Source: Psammoneis japonica (Eukaryota). Taken from it: 64,000 nt of DNA. The position numbers and the translations under genes are program-made. The notes under the pieces were generated by a model. It saw nothing but the letters and a program-made list of their open reading frames with translations. It was not told the origin of the DNA and ran no database searches. Location of the stretch: the NCBI GenBank assembly GCA_008632985.1, contig QPGO01000027.1, forward strand, positions 186,001 to 250,000, read 5' to 3'. Below are positions 12,695 to 24,737 of this stretch, in pieces (the stretch's first letter is position 1; each line of letters begins with the position of its first letter).

Positions 12695-12904
12695 GTGGTG
12701 CACATGCAAATGTTAACGCTGTCTGCGGAGAACGCCAGTCTAACGGAGGCGCTCTACTTTTTAGACAAGGCCTTGGTTAAGGGTACGGTGGATTGCACCA
12801 CGCACCAAAAGCATGTTCGACGGCTGGCGAAAAAGCAATTTTTGGCAAGGGCGCACTTGGTCAAGATTTTGCAAGTATTGAAAGAACAGTCGTATTTGCG
12901 GTAA
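12695..12904 (+). pseudogene. Isolated Vps23/TSG101 C-terminal steadiness-box (SB/Vps23_core) fragment
   Basis: QMLTLSAENASLTEALYFLDKAL.KG.VD..TH.KHVRRLAKKQF.ARA matches the ESCRT-I SB helical hairpin. There is no room upstream for the UEV domain, because the MOSC start lies about 230 bp away. Confidence 0.55.
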
Positions 12905-12914
12905 AGAGGATATT

Positions 12915-13934
12915 TTAATAAAAGATACTAGTCGTCTTGTGATGCATTTGTAGTTGTCCCGATTGATGCAACTCTTCTCCCAATTGCCATAGATACCAAT
13001 CCAACGTGACGTCTGTAATTTTGTCAGTGTTTAGCTTTTGCACCAACTGTTCCACAGCACAAATGGTGGCCGCTCGAATCGAAACTTCCTCCTCCGCATG
13101 AGCGGGAATTTCGAGTTCGTTTTGGATTTTCTCGGATAGTTCCTTCGAGTACTGCAAGATACCGTAGTGATGTAGAATTTGTGGAACGCGATAATCGGCA
13201 AACATGGTGAGTTGGTCCATTTCTGCTAGATTCAATTGGAGAGCGGCATTCAAGTCGCCCACGGCAATTTGTGCACGCTTGTAAAAGAAAACTTGCATGG
13301 CATTACCCTTGATGTTGTAAATAGATTCATCGCGAAAGCCTGGAAAATTGGAAATTAGCAATTTCACCAATTCCACGGCATTGGAGTTGGCCTTGCTGAT
13401 GAATTCTATAGCGCTGCCACCAAACTTTGTCAGCAGTCCAGCACCCAGTTCGTTCCACAGGCGCGCTCGTTCTTTAGCATTGGGCAAGTCGTGACCTTGC
13501 AAATGGGGTTGTAGTAGGGATGTAAACTCAGATTCCGTCATGTACGCCAATTTTCTCGGAGACAAGGCAAACTCGTCGTCTTGTTCAGAATCATCATTAC
13601 AGACACGAGCCAGTGCCGTCGCCAAGTGCTCATACTCGAGACTTGTGCTTGAAGGCCAAAAGCAAAAATTTATTGCATCCAAGGCCAAGACGTAGAGCGC
13701 CATACATTCGCGTCGTTGCGATTCATCCTTTATATGTTTGCCGGTATAGTGCCATTGCTCCGCGTCCCATTCACCAAACTTTTTGGAGGGACACGACGAA
13801 ATGTCATATGCCAATTCGGCGAGTTTTGTGGAATTAATCGAAACAGATTTGGAACGCTGTACCACGACACGACAAGACCTTCGAACTTGTGCACAGGGAT
13901 TCGCAATGTCAGACAGGTTGTCATCGTCGCTCAT
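12915..13934 (-). CDS. QNG1: Queuosine salvage protein (Q_salvage/DUF2419, QNG1/C9orf64-like); the ORF is open to 14009 but the start at 13934 (MSDDD) is preferred
   Basis: Motifs LDAINFCFWP, FPGFRD, FYKRAQI, LTMFADYRVPQ, EEVSIRA, LDWYLWQ.G and terminal HHKTTSIFY. Confidence 0.9.
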   Translation of the reverse strand: MSDDDNLSDIANPCAQVRRSCRVVVQRSKSVSINSTKLAELAYDISSCPSKKFGEWDAEQWHYTGKHIKDESQRRECMALYVLALDAINFCFWPSSTSLEYEHLATALARVCNDDSEQDDEFALSPRKLAYMTESEFTSLLQPHLQGHDLPNAKERARLWNELGAGLLTKFGGSAIEFISKANSNAVELVKLLISNFPGFRDESIYNIKGNAMQVFFYKRAQIAVGDLNAALQLNLAEMDQLTMFADYRVPQILHHYGILQYSKELSEKIQNELEIPAHAEEEVSIRAATICAVEQLVQKLNTDKITDVTLDWYLWQLGEELHQSGQLQMHHKTTSIFY

Positions 13935-14139
13935 GGTCGTGGCCACTCCCGGCTTGGGAGGTCTGTACATGATGCAAATAAATGAGCATCCGCCATCGTC
14001 TGCATGCACGCAGTGTGCATCGGGAGTACCGGTACCGGTAGAATTTTACGTGCCAGACTGAAGAGTGCAACGCTCCGGCCGCGTGGCTGGCCGAAAAAAG
14101 GAAGCAACTATGTACCGGCAGTAGCTACGGTACCTTCAG

Positions 14140-15786
14140 ATAGACGCACGCACAGACACGCAGAGATGCAGAGCCCGATCTTTGAAACTTTTGCGTTGAG
14201 CACATCGGCGCATCCTCCCATCTCTGCTGTTCCATGGCATGTCAAGCCCAGCCAGTGTTTCTTCATCCTCAACTCCCAGGGTGCTCATCCAAGGAGTGCA
14301 GGAGTGGCTCAAATTGAAGCAGGACATTAACTCACAAGACATTCTTGCCCCAACTTCCTTCAGCGCAAGTTGTGGCAAAGCTGTGAGGGCTGGCCTGAGG
14401 ACAAAAATGAAAGCTGTCAAGAAGGCAGGGGCATTGTGATTGTTGTCACTGGGTGGGCCAATTTAATTCATGTTGCTGCTGCCATCAACATCATCTTGAG
14501 ACAGCATCCAACTGAAAGCTGTCCAGCCTTGAAATGCGCTGTAGCGCTTTTTTGAAATGGTGCTCTTGCGGCGGCTTGCTGCCGTGCAGGAGCAGCCACC
14601 ATGCAAAAGCAGGCAAGGATCAAGACTCTTTTGCCTCTTTTTTGTCTTTCGTTGATTGCTCACAAGGCAGCCCCACAAACCAAACAGGTGCACCATTTTT
14701 GTGCGTTGGCATGATGTGTTGATGAGCTCAGTCTTTTGGTGTTTGGCAAGGCACTGCCATCTCACACTGTTCTTCTGGGGACTGCTCATTCACCCAACAA
14801 CACAGCTCCTTTTGTTGAAATGACAAGGCTGGTGTGATTTTTGGCAGCTCAACAATCCAACAGCTCTGGGATGTGCCCACTTGATTTTGGAGCCATTGTT
14901 GCCATGGGTGGCAAGCAGCAAGGCAAGATCACATGAACACAACAAAGTGAGCTGTCACAATTGCTCACAGATCATCACACTTTGTTGCTCTCAGTTTGCT
15001 GTTCCACAGTTGTTGGCTGTTTTCTGGCCATTGAAAAATCTCTCTTTCTTTTGCTCTCTTTTTTCTCCTCTCTTCTTCTCCCTTGCTCTCCCGGCATTTC
15101 TTTTCCAAGCAGTTGGAGGCCTTTGGGGGTGTTGCTGCTGTGTGCAAACCAACCACACCTGTGTTGGGCTTTTTTGCATTCTTCCTTGTGGCAACATTGT
15201 CAGCTGGTCAGGGTGTGCCTTTGTGGGGTGGAGCATGACAAAGACTTTTTTGCTGGTGGGTGTTGAGCTCCAACAGGCAACATGACACCAAGCCCAAGCC
15301 CTCCCATTTTTCTTCTGCAGCAAAGAAAAAAGAAAAGCAAAAATGATTGCATGAGTTTGAGGTTGCACTCTTGGTGGTCTCAAAAACAAAAAAGTTGCAC
15401 AAGCTGTGATTTCACATCAACACATGATCCAAGAATTGCCATGACAGCGTGCCCCAGAGGAGAGTGCAGGGCTGTTGCTGCCCAAGCCACTGCTTGTGGC
15501 TGGCTTGCACATGTGGGGCATCTGTTGCAGCTCCCAGCCCTCTGCCACACACACTCTCCAGCTGTGAAGCTGACAGCTGAGTGAAAACAGGCATTTCCTT
15601 TTATTCAACTGACCTGCTTCTGAGATGTGAGCAAGTGCCACTCAGCTCCTCCTGCATGTGCAAGACAAGAAGACACTGCCATTTTCGGCAGTGCATGTCA
15701 GCATCAATGAAGCCATGCTCACCTCATCTCATGATCTCTCTGCATGAGCTTCAGGGCTCCAGCAGAGAAGACGCTGCCCCAAACCC
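14140..15786. repeat. Degenerate TpA/CpG-depleted block into which the copia element inserted (continues 23069-23830)
   Basis: Composition matches the other eroded blocks, and the same style of sequence lies on both sides of the LTR element. Confidence 0.55.
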
Positions 15787-15791
15787 TGTGC

Positions 15792-16067
15792 TGACAGGAT
15801 TTGAACAGGATTTGGGTGCGCGCGAAGTGTCGCGCGCTGTTTAGTTTACCGCGCACAGTTTTGTGTGCTTTAGTTCCACGCGTTCACGCGCGATGTAGTT
15901 TGCTTTCGAGCCACAAGGCTCACAAGAATGACAACAGTAGCCCGATTGTGCCGACTTGCACGTCTTTCGGCTCCTGCAACGGTCTCTGAGCGGAGACTCA
16001 TCTGCCATTTAGACAGCAGCAAGGAGTTGTTGTTTGAATCCTTGCCATTTGCCTTCAATTTCTGTCA
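15792..16067 (+). repeat. 5' LTR
   Basis: Direct repeat of 22788-23063 with TG...CA termini. I count 14 substitutions between the two LTRs. Confidence 0.97.
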
Positions 16068-16084
16068 GATTAACAGTCTTGCTC
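16068..16084 (+). other. Putative primer-binding site complementary to a tRNA-Asn(GUU) anticodon arm (half-tRNA priming)
   Basis: GATTAACAGTCTTGCTC directly follows the LTR. Its reverse complement GAG-CAAGA-CTGTTAA-TC reads as an anticodon stem plus a CT-GTT-AA loop. There is no canonical TGG start. Confidence 0.5.
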
Positions 16085-17006
16085 ATTGTCAACCCATTGA
16101 GCAACCGCCATCGTCGTCGTTGATTTACCAACAATGCTGTTTCAATCCCACGTGGACCTCCGTGTGTGTTCTACATGCATCGGCAAGTCTGCGCGCATTC
16201 AACACCAGGGCATCGGCAGGAAGTTAATGTCACCGTCAAGTCTCCTCACCGCTGGATGTCTGGATTGATTGCACTGCCTTTGATCGCTGAAGACATGTGT
16301 TCAACGGTCACATCCAAGTCCATCCTTGATCAACATCCCTTGACATGCCTGTTCCTCGGTTGACGGTCAAGAACCCCACATGTTCAAGGATCTTAGTCGC
16401 TGAAGACACATGCACACACACACATCTTCACGGCCAAGAACCTTTGCCCACTCTTCGGACTGCGGTTTTGCTGCCACTCTACAAGCACACCGAGTCCATT
16501 GCACCTGATCTGCCCCGGACTGCTGGTGCTCTGCAGTTCTGCTGGGTCCACGAGGACGACTGTGAGAGCAAGTGGCCGTGATTGCAGCCTGCGTTGGGGC
16601 GAGGGTGCTTTCCCGCGTTTGTTCGTTCGTCCACAGCGCCTGACGCCCACGTCAACTGGCCAGCCTGATCGGGAAATCCAACCGACATAAAATGAGAACG
16701 GTTCGGGGGTCTTGTCCACCTCTGGTCAGCTTGCCTGCAGGGGTTTACAACCCGCTGCTCCGCTCGTAAGCAACCCAAAGCGCCACCAGCTGCGGGTTCG
16801 GACGTGCCGGCACAACTCTACGGACCGGACAGGAAGTTTAGCACTTGACAACGAACGGGACAGCAAAGCCCGGCGACTTCTGATTTTAAGACAGTTCAAG
16901 ATTTCAAGTCAAGTCCATTTCAAGTCAAGTCCATTCTCACCCAAGTTTCGAGTCTGCCTTCGCTTCCCAACCAGAATTGATTGTCCTGACACCACTTTTG
17001 TCTACC

Positions 17007-20000
17007 ATGGTTCTCACTCGTCAGCAACAAACCGATGGTTTCAAGCACGTTGTTGGAACCATGCTTGCCCATGGTGCTGGGAGTCCTCTTCATTTGGCTT
17101 TGGCCCAAGACGGCACGGACTTGCATCAGGAACTGTTCACATTCATGCCGTCCCAAATCGACTCGCTTGAGTGCGACAACGGCACCAATGTGATCCCTTT
17201 GCCCCGTGGTTATAAGAACATGTTAGCAGCACCAGTCAGTCTGTACATTGTCAAAGCACACAAAGGTCTTGACGTTGCCAACGACTCCTCTTTGTTCACG
17301 CATGACGAGTTCCTTGCCTGCCGCCTCAGCCCCGACTGCATGTCTTCTGTGTCCATCGGCAGCTCACCCCTTGCACCTCCGCATGTCACCAACCCGACCA
17401 AGGCACGCGACCCGGTGCGGGACTTCAAGCGAGGCATCAAGCGTGATCCCACTGCTTTCACGGCTCTCAAATCCAACAAGCAGTGGCACACTTGGCACAC
17501 CTCACTTGTGGCACAAGCCCGTGCCCAAGACGTCGAGTGCACTCTAAACTCGTCGTACAAACCGACCAGCCCCGAAGACAAACTGCTCTTTGCTGAACAG
17601 CAAAAGCACATGTTCGCCGTCTTCGAACGCATCCTTCTCACCGACAAGGGCAAGGCTCTCATTCGCGAAAATGTGGGGTCTTCTGACGCACAGACCGTCC
17701 ACCGCGCCTTGTCTGAGTGCGCGCTTGCCTCCACCCGCGCATCTGTCGAGTCCTCCACCCTGCTCACGCACCTCACCACCGCACGTCTTGGTGATGGTGC
17801 TTGGAAAGGTCCGACCCACGGGTTCATCCTTCATTGGCAAGATCAGTTGCGCAAGTACGAGGCACTCATCCCGGCCAGTGACCACTTCTCTGAAGGACAG
17901 AAGCGCGTCATGCTCGAGAATGCCGTGCACCCTGTCGAGGAACTCCGTGCTGTCAAGAACCAAGCTGATCAGCGTCGTACGCAGAGTGGCAAGAGCCTCA
18001 CATACGATCAACACTGTGGCTTGCTCCTCTCCGTGGCAGCTCAGCACGACAGTGTGTTTCAACCCAAGATGACACCTCGAGCTCCCCGATGCGCCATGTG
18101 CGCACACGACGTCTGCTCCGAGGAACCGTCCGACGATGTGTTCTGCGACATTGACAGCGACATTGACGTCCTTCAGGCCAATGCTGCCTGCACCCGCAAT
18201 CCCAGCCTCACCGGTGACCAATGGAGACGTCTCCCTCCCGACCACCAACGGATCTGGGATTCGTTGCCCGACTCCTCCAAGGCGATCATCCTTGAGCATT
18301 CTCGTCCGCCTCCCCGCAACCCGCGAGCCAGCAACTGCCATGAGTCTGTTACGGCCAACCTTCACGACCAACGCCTTGGGAGTGACGGTGATGTCAACTT
18401 GTCCAACACGACTCCTGCTGACTCTGGTGACTCCGCTCCAAATGTGGACGCCAATTCGGATGGTCCCATCATGGCGCACCTCACCAAGCGCAAGTCACTG
18501 CCACCCGGTGATCTGCAACGTCTGTTGTCTCCTAACCAAGCCCCCAATGCTGGTCGACCGGGGCCATCCGCCGCTTCCTCTGCCCCGCCAGCTTCTGCAG
18601 ATGACGTGGAACTTAACGGCCGCACTTGCCGCCGCGTCGACAACCACAATGTCATTTGCTCTGCCTCTGCTCATCGCTCCACACGCACTGGCGCTCTAGT
18701 CGATCGTGGGGCCAACGGCGGCATTGCTGGCGACGACGTTCGCGTCATTGCACGCACCTCTCGCCAAGTCGACGTTCAGGGCATTGACGATCATCAATTG
18801 GTGGACATCCCCATTGTCACCGCTGGTGCCGTCATTGAGACCCAGCGTGGTCCCGTCATCGCCATCCTCCATCAGTGCGCATGCACGGGCAAGGGCAAGA
18901 CCATCCATTCCTGCGGCCAGCTCGAATGGCACAAACAGGATGTCAACGATCGCTCTGTCAAGGTGCCCAACGGCTTGCAACGCATTGCCACTCCTGATGG
19001 CTGTGTCATCCCCATTGACATCAAGGCCGGCCTGCCTTGTGTTGCCATGCGACCTTACACTGACGCCGAATGGGACACCCTGCCCCATGTCATCCTCACC
19101 GGTGATGACACATGGGACCCTTCCGTCCTCGATCACTCTGTCACTGACGACGACCAGTGGTGCGACGCGATCTCTGACCTGCAGGACGATCCCACTGCCA
19201 ACCTGTTTGACGAGTGCGGCAACTACCGTCATCGTGTCGTTGTCAACGAGACCATCATGTCCGCTTCCTTGTCTGCCGATCACGCGTCCGCCCTCGATGA
19301 TCACCTCATTCCGAACAACAACGTGTTCTACGAGTGTCATCTACATGCGATTGACCCCAAGGGCGATGACGTTCCGCCTCCGGAGCGCACTGTACAGCCC
19401 AAGGACCCCCCCTTCGAGTCTCTTCGGCCTCACTTTGGCTTCCCACCTGCCGATGCGGTCCGTCGTACTTTTGACTGCACCACGCAGTGCGCCCGCATGC
19501 CCGCCGGCACACACCTTTGGAAGGCCTGCAAATCACCCAACCCCGCCCTTAATGTGCACCGCCGCAACGAGCCTGTCGCCACTGACACCGTTTGTGCCGA
19601 CACCCCGGCCGTCGACTCTGGTTGCACCAGTGCCCAACTGTTTGTTGGCACCGAGTCTACCGTCACTGACGTCTACGGCACTAAGACGGACAAAGAGTTT
19701 GTCAACACACTCGAGGATCAGATCCGTGAACGTGGTGCCCCATCCAAACTCATTAGCGACCGTGCTCAAGTTGAGATCAGCAACAAAGTGCTCGGGATCC
19801 TACGCGCCCTCTTCATCTCCAGCTGGCAAAGTGAGCCTCACCAGCAACACCAAAACTTTGCCGAGCGTCGACACCAGACCGTGAAGCGCATGGCGTGCAC
19901 TGTCATGGATCGTTTTGGTTCGCCCGCCCACACATGGCTGCTGGCGCTCATGTGCGTGTGCTTCACACTCAACCACACAGCGTCCCCACGTCTCCACTGG

Positions 20001-22780
20001 TGCACGCCCCTCGAGACTCTCACTGGCTCCACCCTGGACATCAGCCCATTGCTTCGCTTTCACTGGTGGGAACCCGTGTGCTTCCACCTCGATGACTCCG
20101 ATTGGCCGTCCGAATCCCGTGAGTTGCATGGACGCTTCGTTGGCATTGCTGAGCACGTCGGCCACCAGATGACCTTCAAGATTCTATCTGACGAGACTCA
20201 GAAGATCCTCTGCCGGTCCAACGTCCGCTCTGCTGCCACCGATCCTGCCGTTTGAAACCTGCGTCTTGATCCTCCTGATGGGGAGCCACCTGAACCCATC
20301 ATCAAATCTCGCCATGACGACAACCCCGTCGATTCTCCTGATGGGGAGATCAGGACACCCAAGATGCCAGTTTTCGATCTGCAAGACATCATTGGACGTA
20401 CCTTCCTCATGCAGCCACAAGAGGACGGACAACGCCACAGAGCTCGCATCGTCAAGGCCGTCGAAGACCACAAATGGAAAGTGAACGGCAATCCCGAGCT
20501 CACTAAGTTCGTCTGCTCTGTCAACAATGATGAACACGAGGAAGTCCTTGCCTGCAATGACATCATGAATCACATTGAGCAAGAAGACGAAGACACTGCC
20601 ATTTGGAAATTTCGACGCATCGTGTCACACGAAGGACCTCTGAAGCCTCACGACCCAACCTGGAAAGGCTCAAGCTACAACATCATGCTTGAATGGGAAA
20701 GTGGGGAGATCACGTCCAAGCCTCTTGCCATCATCGCCAAGGACGACCCCGTCACCTGTGCCATCTACGCACGAGAGAACGGACTCCTCGACACGGATGG
20801 CTGGAAGCGGTTCCGCACCATCGCGAGGCGCCAAAAGAAGCCATTTCGCATGGCCAACCAAGCCAAGCTTCACTCCTTCCGCACTGCACCTCGCTGCAAG
20901 TGTGGATACGAAGTTCCCCGGAACCACAAACACGCCATGTCACTAGACGAACGCAACGGCAACCGCAAGTGGGGAGACGCAACTAATCTCGAGATGGACC
21001 AACTCAACGAATACGAAGTCTTCCATGACTGCGGGCCCTTCAAGTCTTCCACTCCTCCTGCAGGACACAAGAAGATCCGAGTGCACCTGGTGTACGACGT
21101 GAAACACGACGGTCGCCACAAGGCACGACTTGTAGCCGACGGGCACCTCACGGACGTACCTGTCGACAGTGTCTGCTCCGGAGCACCATGACTGCGGGCC
21201 CTTCAAGTCTTCCACTCCTCCTGCGGGACACAAGAAGATCCGAGTGCACCTGGTGTACGACGTGAAACACGACGGTCGCCACAAGGCACGACTCGTAGCC
21301 GACGGGCACCTCACAGACGCACCTGTCGACAGTGTCTGCTCCGGAGCAGTCTCCCTCCGTGGCCTTCGGCTGATGATTTTCCTGGCCGAACTCAACGAGT
21401 TGGAGACATGGGCCACCGACATTGGCAATGCCCACCTTGAAGCCACCACCAAGGAGAAGCTTTACATTGCAGCCGGACCCGAATTTGGCAAACTCGAAGG
21501 ACACATCCTTGTCATCCACAAGGCACTGTATGGACTGCGCAGCTCCGGTCTCCGCTGGCACGAGCGCTTCGCCGACTGCCTGCGAGCTGAAGGCTTCTTC
21601 CCCTGCCGCGCCGAACCCGACATTTGGATGCGCAGGAACGGCGACCACTGTGAACACATTGCCGTTTATGTGGATGACCTCGCCATTGCCATGAAGGACC
21701 CTCAATCTTTCGTCGACACTCTCACGGAAAAGCACAAGTTCAAGCTCAAGGGTGCGGGACCCATTGAGTTCCATCTGGGTTGCGACTTTTCCCGGGATCC
21801 CGACGGAACCTTGTGCCTGTCTCCGCGCAAGTACATCGAGCGCATGGTCGACAGCTGCGCCCGACTGTTTGGGGAGAAACCTGCCACCAACGCCCTGTCA
21901 CCTCTGGAGAAGGGTGACCACCCCGAACTGGACACTTCCGAACTGCTGGGACCCGATGGCATTCACAAGTTCCAGTCTCTTGTTGGTTCACTCCAATGGG
22001 CAGTGTCCCTTGGTCGAATTGACATCACCACGGCCGTCATGTCACTCTCTAGCTTCCGAGCTGCACCCCGTCAAGGCCACTTGGATCGTGCCAAACGCGT
22101 CTGTGGGCACCTCTCCAAGATGCGACACGGTGCTCTCCGCGTTCGCACGGAAGAGCCCGACCATTCGGATCTCCCTGCTCCGGCCTGTGAATGGATGCAT
22201 TCCGTGTGTGGCGAATCAGAAGAGATGATCCCGAAGGATGCTCCACCAACCCCTTGGCAAGTTCGTCACCACCACCCACTGCGTCGATGCAAACTTGTGC
22301 CATTGCATGCTCACCGGACGCTCTGTCATGGGAATGCTCCACTTCCTCAACAAATTCCCGGCTGATTGGTTCTCTGAGAAGCAAGCCACCGTGGAGACTG
22401 CGACCTGCGGGTCTGAATTTGTTGCCGCAAGGACTTGTGTTGAGCAGATTGTCGACCTGCGCATCACCCTGCGCCACCTTGGCGTCCCGATCCGCAATGT
22501 CAGTTGCATGTTCGGTGACAACAAGTCGGTTGTGGACAGTGCCACCATCCCGCACTCCAAGTTACACAAGCGACACACCGCACTGTCGTTCCACCGTGTG
22601 CGTGAGGCAATTGCCTCTGGTTGCCTTGAGCTCCACTTCATCGAAGGCTCCCGCAACCCTGCTGACATTCTCAGCAAGCATTGGGGTCACTCCCAAATCT
22701 GGGACCTTCTCCGCCCCCTCATGTTCTGGAACTTCATTCCATCCGAAGTTGAATCTGTTTCTGTGACTCCTCAAGCAAAC
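17007..22780 (+). pseudogene. Copia gag-pol polyprotein (Gag, aspartic protease, integrase, RT, RNase H) with a nonsense codon and frameshifts
   Basis: PR: ALVDRGANGG. IN: VATDTV, LISDRAQVE, SEPHQQHQNFAERR. RT: HKARLVADG, TDIGNAHL, LYGLRSSG, VYVDDL. RH: ETATCGSEF, FGDNKSV, NPADILSK. Lesions: in-frame TGA at 20253-20255 (likely from CGA), a 163-bp duplication and a frameshift near 22250. Confidence 0.93.
21023..21348 (+). repeat. 163-bp tandem duplication inside RT
   Basis: 21023-21185 is repeated at 21186-21348 with 4 substitutions. The length is not a multiple of 3, so it frameshifts RT. Confidence 0.95.
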
Positions 22781-22787
22781 TGGGGAG

Positions 22788-23063
22788 TGACAGGATTTGA
22801 ACAGGATTTGGGTGCGCGCGAAGTGTCGCGCGCTGTTCAGTTTACCGCGCACAGTTTTGTGTGCTTTGGCTCCGCGCGTTCACGCGCGATGTAGTTTGCT
22901 TTCGAGCCACAAGGCTCACAAGAACAACAACAGCAGCCTGATTGTGCCAACTTGCACATCTTTCGGCTCCTGTGACGGTCTCTGAGCGGAGACTCATCTG
23001 CCATTTAGACAGCAGTGAGGAGTTGTTGTTTGAATCCTTGCCATTTGCCTTCAATTTCTGTCA
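22788..23063 (+). repeat. 3' LTR
   Basis: Direct repeat of the 5' LTR, followed by TSD TGTGC. Confidence 0.97.
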
Positions 23064-23994
23064 TGTGCTGCTGGCAAATTTGCTCACAACCTCCTCTTCT
23101 TCTTGGCCTTCACCCACACGTTTGTTCCTTCTGACAAAACCACAGCTCATCTTCAGACAACCACATTGTGGCATGGCCCAGTCAAAGTTGTTTGGCCAAA
23201 CAACAGCAGAGCAGTGTTTGTGAGCAGACAACCTGATTTTCTGAGTTCCAGGGGCTGGCTGCAGCCACGGCAGCCAATGCAGAAAAAAGAAGCGCTGCAA
23301 AAAAAGGAGATTGCTCAACCAGCCAACAAAATGTGCTGGTTGACCCTTGCACCACTTCCACCCCATTTTTTTTCTGAAAAAACAAAAGGTTCAGAGACTG
23401 GCAACTCCACAGTGCACACCGCTTTCTCCACAGAGTGGTTGGGCACCCAGAGAAACTTGGTGTGCAGCATGTTGCAAAAGCACATGTGTGTGGACTGGCG
23501 CTTGCACTCTCTTTGCAAACTGGCAAGATGAACAAAGCCCAAATGGTGATGAAAAGAATTGTGTGGTGGAAGCCGAGTGTGGCACGTCAATGGCACCCCC
23601 CGAAACATCTCCGGTGCGCAGAGGACACGACCTTGAGAGAAAGCCAGACCATTGGAGTGAGCAAGAAAAGTGCACAGCAGCTGCTGCTCTCTGCTCTAGA
23701 TCAGCCGCTGCTCTCTGCTAGAGCAGAGAGACAGAGAGTGTGTGTGCATTCTGGGGGGGGTCTCCAGCCAGCTGCTGGCTGAAGAATTTTGTGTGCCAGT
23801 AGAAATTGCGCTGAAAGAGTCTGTGAATCTGTGCGTTAGGGGGTTTTGGTGAACGCTGGACGACGGACTCGTCTTCTCTTGCGTAGGGGGAACCTACGTA
23901 AAAATTGTACCTACCGGTACTTGCAAAACCCCAAACGGTGTCTGTTTTTGTTGTCATCTCACATTCATCAATGTCTCAACACTATTGACTCCAT

Positions 23995-24737
23995 ATGAAG
24001 ACCATCGTGCTTTTCCTTTTCTTGTTTACTAGCCTTTCGAGTGCCTTTGTCTTCCCTCCCGTTGTGTTCCATACATCACCAACACCAATTCCATTGCAAA
24101 TGTCGTCAGATCATCCCTTTTGCAATCTTCCGGGTGATCCATCGCTCATTCTCACCACCAATGTCGATTTGGGTGACAAAAAGATGGAAATAATGAAGGG
24201 TAATGAAAGAATGGAAAAAATTGCAGCTGTCATGTACAAGTAGATTAGGCTCGAGACTCACTCACATCTTTCTTTCTTCAGCCATTTCCAAGGCGATTGC
24301 CAACCGAACGGGCAAACCCGAATCTTATGTTGGTGCGTTGTGTTGATGCACTCTTGCTCTAAAAGTCTCTCGGTGATGTAAGGCATTCTCATCTCAATAT
24401 TCTTCTACTCATATACTCAACACAGCTGTTTCCATTAATGACAAGGCTGACGTGATTTTTGGTGGTTCCGACGATCCAACGGCTCTGGGGTGTGTCTACT
24501 CGATTGGTGCCATTGCCACGGAAAGCAATGGACAAATCACAAACGATGTGAGTTTTAATTGATTGGAAAATGTTATTGCATGATTCATAGTTCTCACCTT
24601 TGAGAAACGTCTCGTCTCTGTTTTAGGTTTCCGAGCAATTGGAGGCCTTTGGTGTCGCTGCGAACCGCATCTACATTAACTTCTTCGACATGCCCCGTGG
24701 CAATGTCGGTTGGTCGGGACGTACCTTTGCGGGGTAG
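23995..24737 (+). CDS. MIF: MIF/D-dopachrome tautomerase family protein with bipartite plastid-targeting presequence; exons 23995-24199, 24282-24332, 24426-24547, 24627-24737
   Basis: Three GT-AG introns splice to PSLILTTNV...[18 protein letters not shown]...FGGSDDPTA...SIGAI...[22 protein letters not shown]. The signal peptide ends SSA|FVF (ASAF-like motif). Confidence 0.9.

Larger units (their letters stand above)
15792..23063 (+). mobile_element. Full-length Ty1/copia LTR retrotransposon (CoDi-like), inactivated
   Basis: Two 276-bp LTRs (TGACAG...CTGTCA), 5-bp TSD TGTGC at 15787-15791 and 23064-23068, purine tract GGGGAG immediately before the 3' LTR, and gag-PR-IN-RT-RH domain order. Confidence 0.97.

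Noticed and set aside
800..14009. tRNA-modification gene cluster (TRM5 + queuosine salvage)
   Set aside because: TRM5 is a decayed relic more than 11 kb away, with unrelated genes between them; probably coincidence.
21023..21348. Programmed frameshift in pol
   Set aside because: The frame change is fully explained by a 163-bp tandem duplication inside RT.
17007..22780. Alternative genetic code (TGY/CAY read as Tyr, TGA readthrough)
   Set aside because: Neighbouring intact genes use the standard code with normal Tyr codons, and some Tyr residues survive in the element (YVDD, LYGL).
14137..23840. TIR pair delimiting the block that hosts the copia element (ACGCACAGA near 14149 and TCTGTGCGT near 23828)
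   Set aside because: Only about 9 bp match and no convincing TSD.
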